Positions 62,407-64,000 of a stretch of 64,000 bases of DNA are shown here, in pieces. Made by a program: the position numbers and the translations under genes. The stretch is from Candidatus Endomicrobiellum porotermitis. Lineage in GTDB: Bacteria; Elusimicrobiota; Endomicrobiia; Endomicrobiales; Endomicrobiaceae. The stretch lies in assembly GCA_031289055.1 (NCBI GenBank), contig JAITQE010000003.1:26585-90584 (forward strand), written 5' to 3'. Numbering within the stretch: position 1 is the stretch's first letter; each line of letters starts with the position of its first letter. Under the pieces are notes generated by a model that saw nothing but the letters and a program-made list of their open reading frames with translations, did not search any database and was not told where the DNA came from.

Positions 62407-64000
62407 ATTAGTATCTAACTTCAAACCTTCGGGCGATCAGCCTCGCGCAATAGACGAGCTTTATCATAATTATCTTAAAGGTAAAGACTCTCAAGTTTTG
62501 CTTGGCGTCACAGGTTCAGGCAAAACCTTTGTTATGGCTAACGTAATAGAAAAGCTCCAAAAGCCTACTCTTATAATTTCCCCAAATAAAATTTTAGCGG
62601 CTCAAACTTACGCCGAGTTTAAATCCTTTTTCCCAAATAATGCGGTTGAATATTTTATTTCTTATTATGATTACTACCAACCAGAAGCTTATATTCCTTC
62701 AAGCGATACGTATATAGAAAAAGACGCTTCTATAAACGACCATATAGACAGACTTAGACTTAAAGCCACAACGTCTCTACTTGAAAAAAAGGACGTTATT
62801 GTGGTGGCGTCGGTTTCATGCATATACAATCTTGGTTCGCCAAAAGACTATCAAAACATGTGCGTTGAAATTATTGCGGGTAAAGAAAAATCAATGAAAA
62901 GTTTATTATCCGAGCTTGTGGCAAGTCGCTATGAAAGAAATGAAGCTGAGTTTATAAGAGGGCGTTTTAGGGTTAAAGGCGATACGGTTGAAATTTTTCC
63001 CGCTTATCTTGAGACCGCTGTAAGGGTTGAATTTTATGGAGACGAAATAGAAAGTATCAAAGAGTTTAATCCTCTTACAGGAGCGGTAATAAACAAAAAA
63101 GACAAGGCGTACATATATCCTGCAAAGTTGTTTGTTACAGATAGAGAAAAGATTGAAAGAGCCTTGAAAAATATACAGATTGAATTGGACGAACGCCTTA
63201 AGGTTTTAAAAGCTCAAAATAAGCCGTTGGAAGCTCAGAGGCTTGAGCAGAGAACAAAGTATGATATGGAAATGTTGAGGGAAACAGGATCTTGTAATGG
63301 CGTTGAAAATTATTCAAGACATTTATCTGGAAATTCTGAAGAGGCGAGACCGACTACCCTTATAGATTATTTTCTGCAGGATAACGGCGATTTTTTAATG
63401 ATAGCCGACGAGTCGCACATATCTCTACCGCAAATTAGGGGAATGTACGAAGGCGATAGGAGCAGAAAACAGACTCTTATAGATTTTGGTTTTAGACTTC
63501 CGTCTGCGCTTGATAACAGACCGTTAAGATTTAACGAGTTTGAACGGCTTGTAAAAAAAATCATGATGGTGTCCGCCACGCCTGGAACTTATGAGCTTGA
63601 AAGAAGTAAAAAGAATACGGTTGATTTAATTATACGTCCGACAGGTCTTGTGGATCCTAAAGTTATCATTCGTCCGATTGAAGGACAAGTGCAAGACTTG
63701 ATGAGCGAAATCAAAAAAACGGTTGATAGAAAACAAAGAACATTGATTACTACTCTTACAAAAAAAACTGCTGAGGATTTAGCATTTTATCTTAAAGAGA
63801 AAGGTTTTAAAGTTGAATATTTACATTCAGAAATAGAAACGTTGGAGAGAATAGAAATCCTCAAAAATCTTCGTTTGGGCAAGTTTGACACTTTAGTGGG
63901 AATAAATCTTTTGAGGGAAGGGTTGGATTTGCCTGAAGTGTCTCTTGTGGCTGTTTTGGATGCCGACAAAGAAGGGTTTTTGCGTTCTGAACCCACTCTT
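62393..64000 (+). CDS. uvrB: Excinuclease ABC subunit B (5' 536 codons; continues beyond the window)
   Basis: Not in the ORF track because there is no stop in the window. [46 protein letters not shown], and helicase motifs up to [12 protein letters not shown]. Confidence 0.95.
   Translation, partial: MEKFKLVSNFKPSGDQPRAIDELYHNYLKGKDSQVLLGVTGSGKTFVMANVIEKLQKPTLIISPNKILAAQTYAEFKSFFPNNAVEYFISYYDYYQPEAYIPSSDTYIEKDASINDHIDRLRLKATTSLLEKKDVIVVASVSCIYNLGSPKDYQNMCVEIIAGKEKSMKSLLSELVASRYERNEAEFIRGRFRVKGDTVEIFPAYLETAVRVEFYGDEIESIKEFNPLTGAVINKKDKAYIYPAKLFVTDREKIERALKNIQIELDERLKVLKAQNKPLEAQRLEQRTKYDMEMLRETGSCNGVENYSRHLSGNSEEARPTTLIDYFLQDNGDFLMIADESHISLPQIRGMYEGDRSRKQTLIDFGFRLPSALDNRPLRFNEFERLVKKIMMVSATPGTYELERSKKNTVDLIIRPTGLVDPKVIIRPIEGQVQDLMSEIKKTVDRKQRTLITTLTKKTAEDLAFYLKEKGFKVEYLHSEIETLERIEILKNLRLGKFDTLVGINLLREGLDLPEVSLVAVLDADKEGFLRSEPTL

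Noticed and set aside
1-64000. CRISPR arrays, insertion sequences, transposases, integrases, prophage genes.
   Set aside because: I saw no regularly spaced direct repeats, and no DDE, tyrosine-recombinase or serine-recombinase-like translations in any listed ORF or in the intergenic frames I read. The only mobile-element trace is the decayed islet at tRNA-Val.

Overview
Low-GC (eyeball about 35-40%) bacterial chromosome segment. Almost every real gene is on the + strand. Intact housekeeping blocks: a TonB/ExbB/ExbD-type module; miaB, SLT, mutS, mutL, miaA, murJ, uvrC; coaD; a pilin plus prepilin peptidase pair; ackA; the classic yceD-rpmF-plsX-fabHDG-acpP-fabF-rnc fatty-acid operon; a fermentative redox block (acyl-CoA dehydrogenase, EtfB, ferredoxin-fused EtfA, AdhE, [FeFe]-hydrogenase-like protein); smc; an LpxL-family acyltransferase; two tRNAs; RNase P RNA; and a dcw cluster (rsmH-ftsL-ftsI-murE-murF-mraY-murD-ftsW-murG) followed by uvrB, which runs off the window end. 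The main pattern is many inactivated genes and short gene relics between these operons: in-frame TAA, TGA and TAG codons, frameshifts and internal deletions in envelope, signalling, transport and defence-type genes. This looks like reductive genome evolution in a host-restricted or endosymbiotic lineage. The overall look is Elusimicrobia/Endomicrobium-like, but that is only a guess. Candidates for something new: (1) an intact, markedly AT-rich KAP-family P-loop NTPase with an N-terminal membrane anchor, inserted between a C-terminally short uvrC and an Ogt-like gene; (2) a three-gene SDR / serine-palmitoyltransferase-like / GNAT cassette resembling the bacterial ceramide pathway; (3) a decayed nuclease plus Dam-type methylase islet beside tRNA-Val; (4) a signal-peptide-bearing tandem SpoVG-fold protein; (5) a lone minus-strand secreted protein with a Cys-peptidase-like motif. 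I saw no CRISPR array, transposase or integrase. All calls come from reading the translations and DNA by eye; no searches were run.
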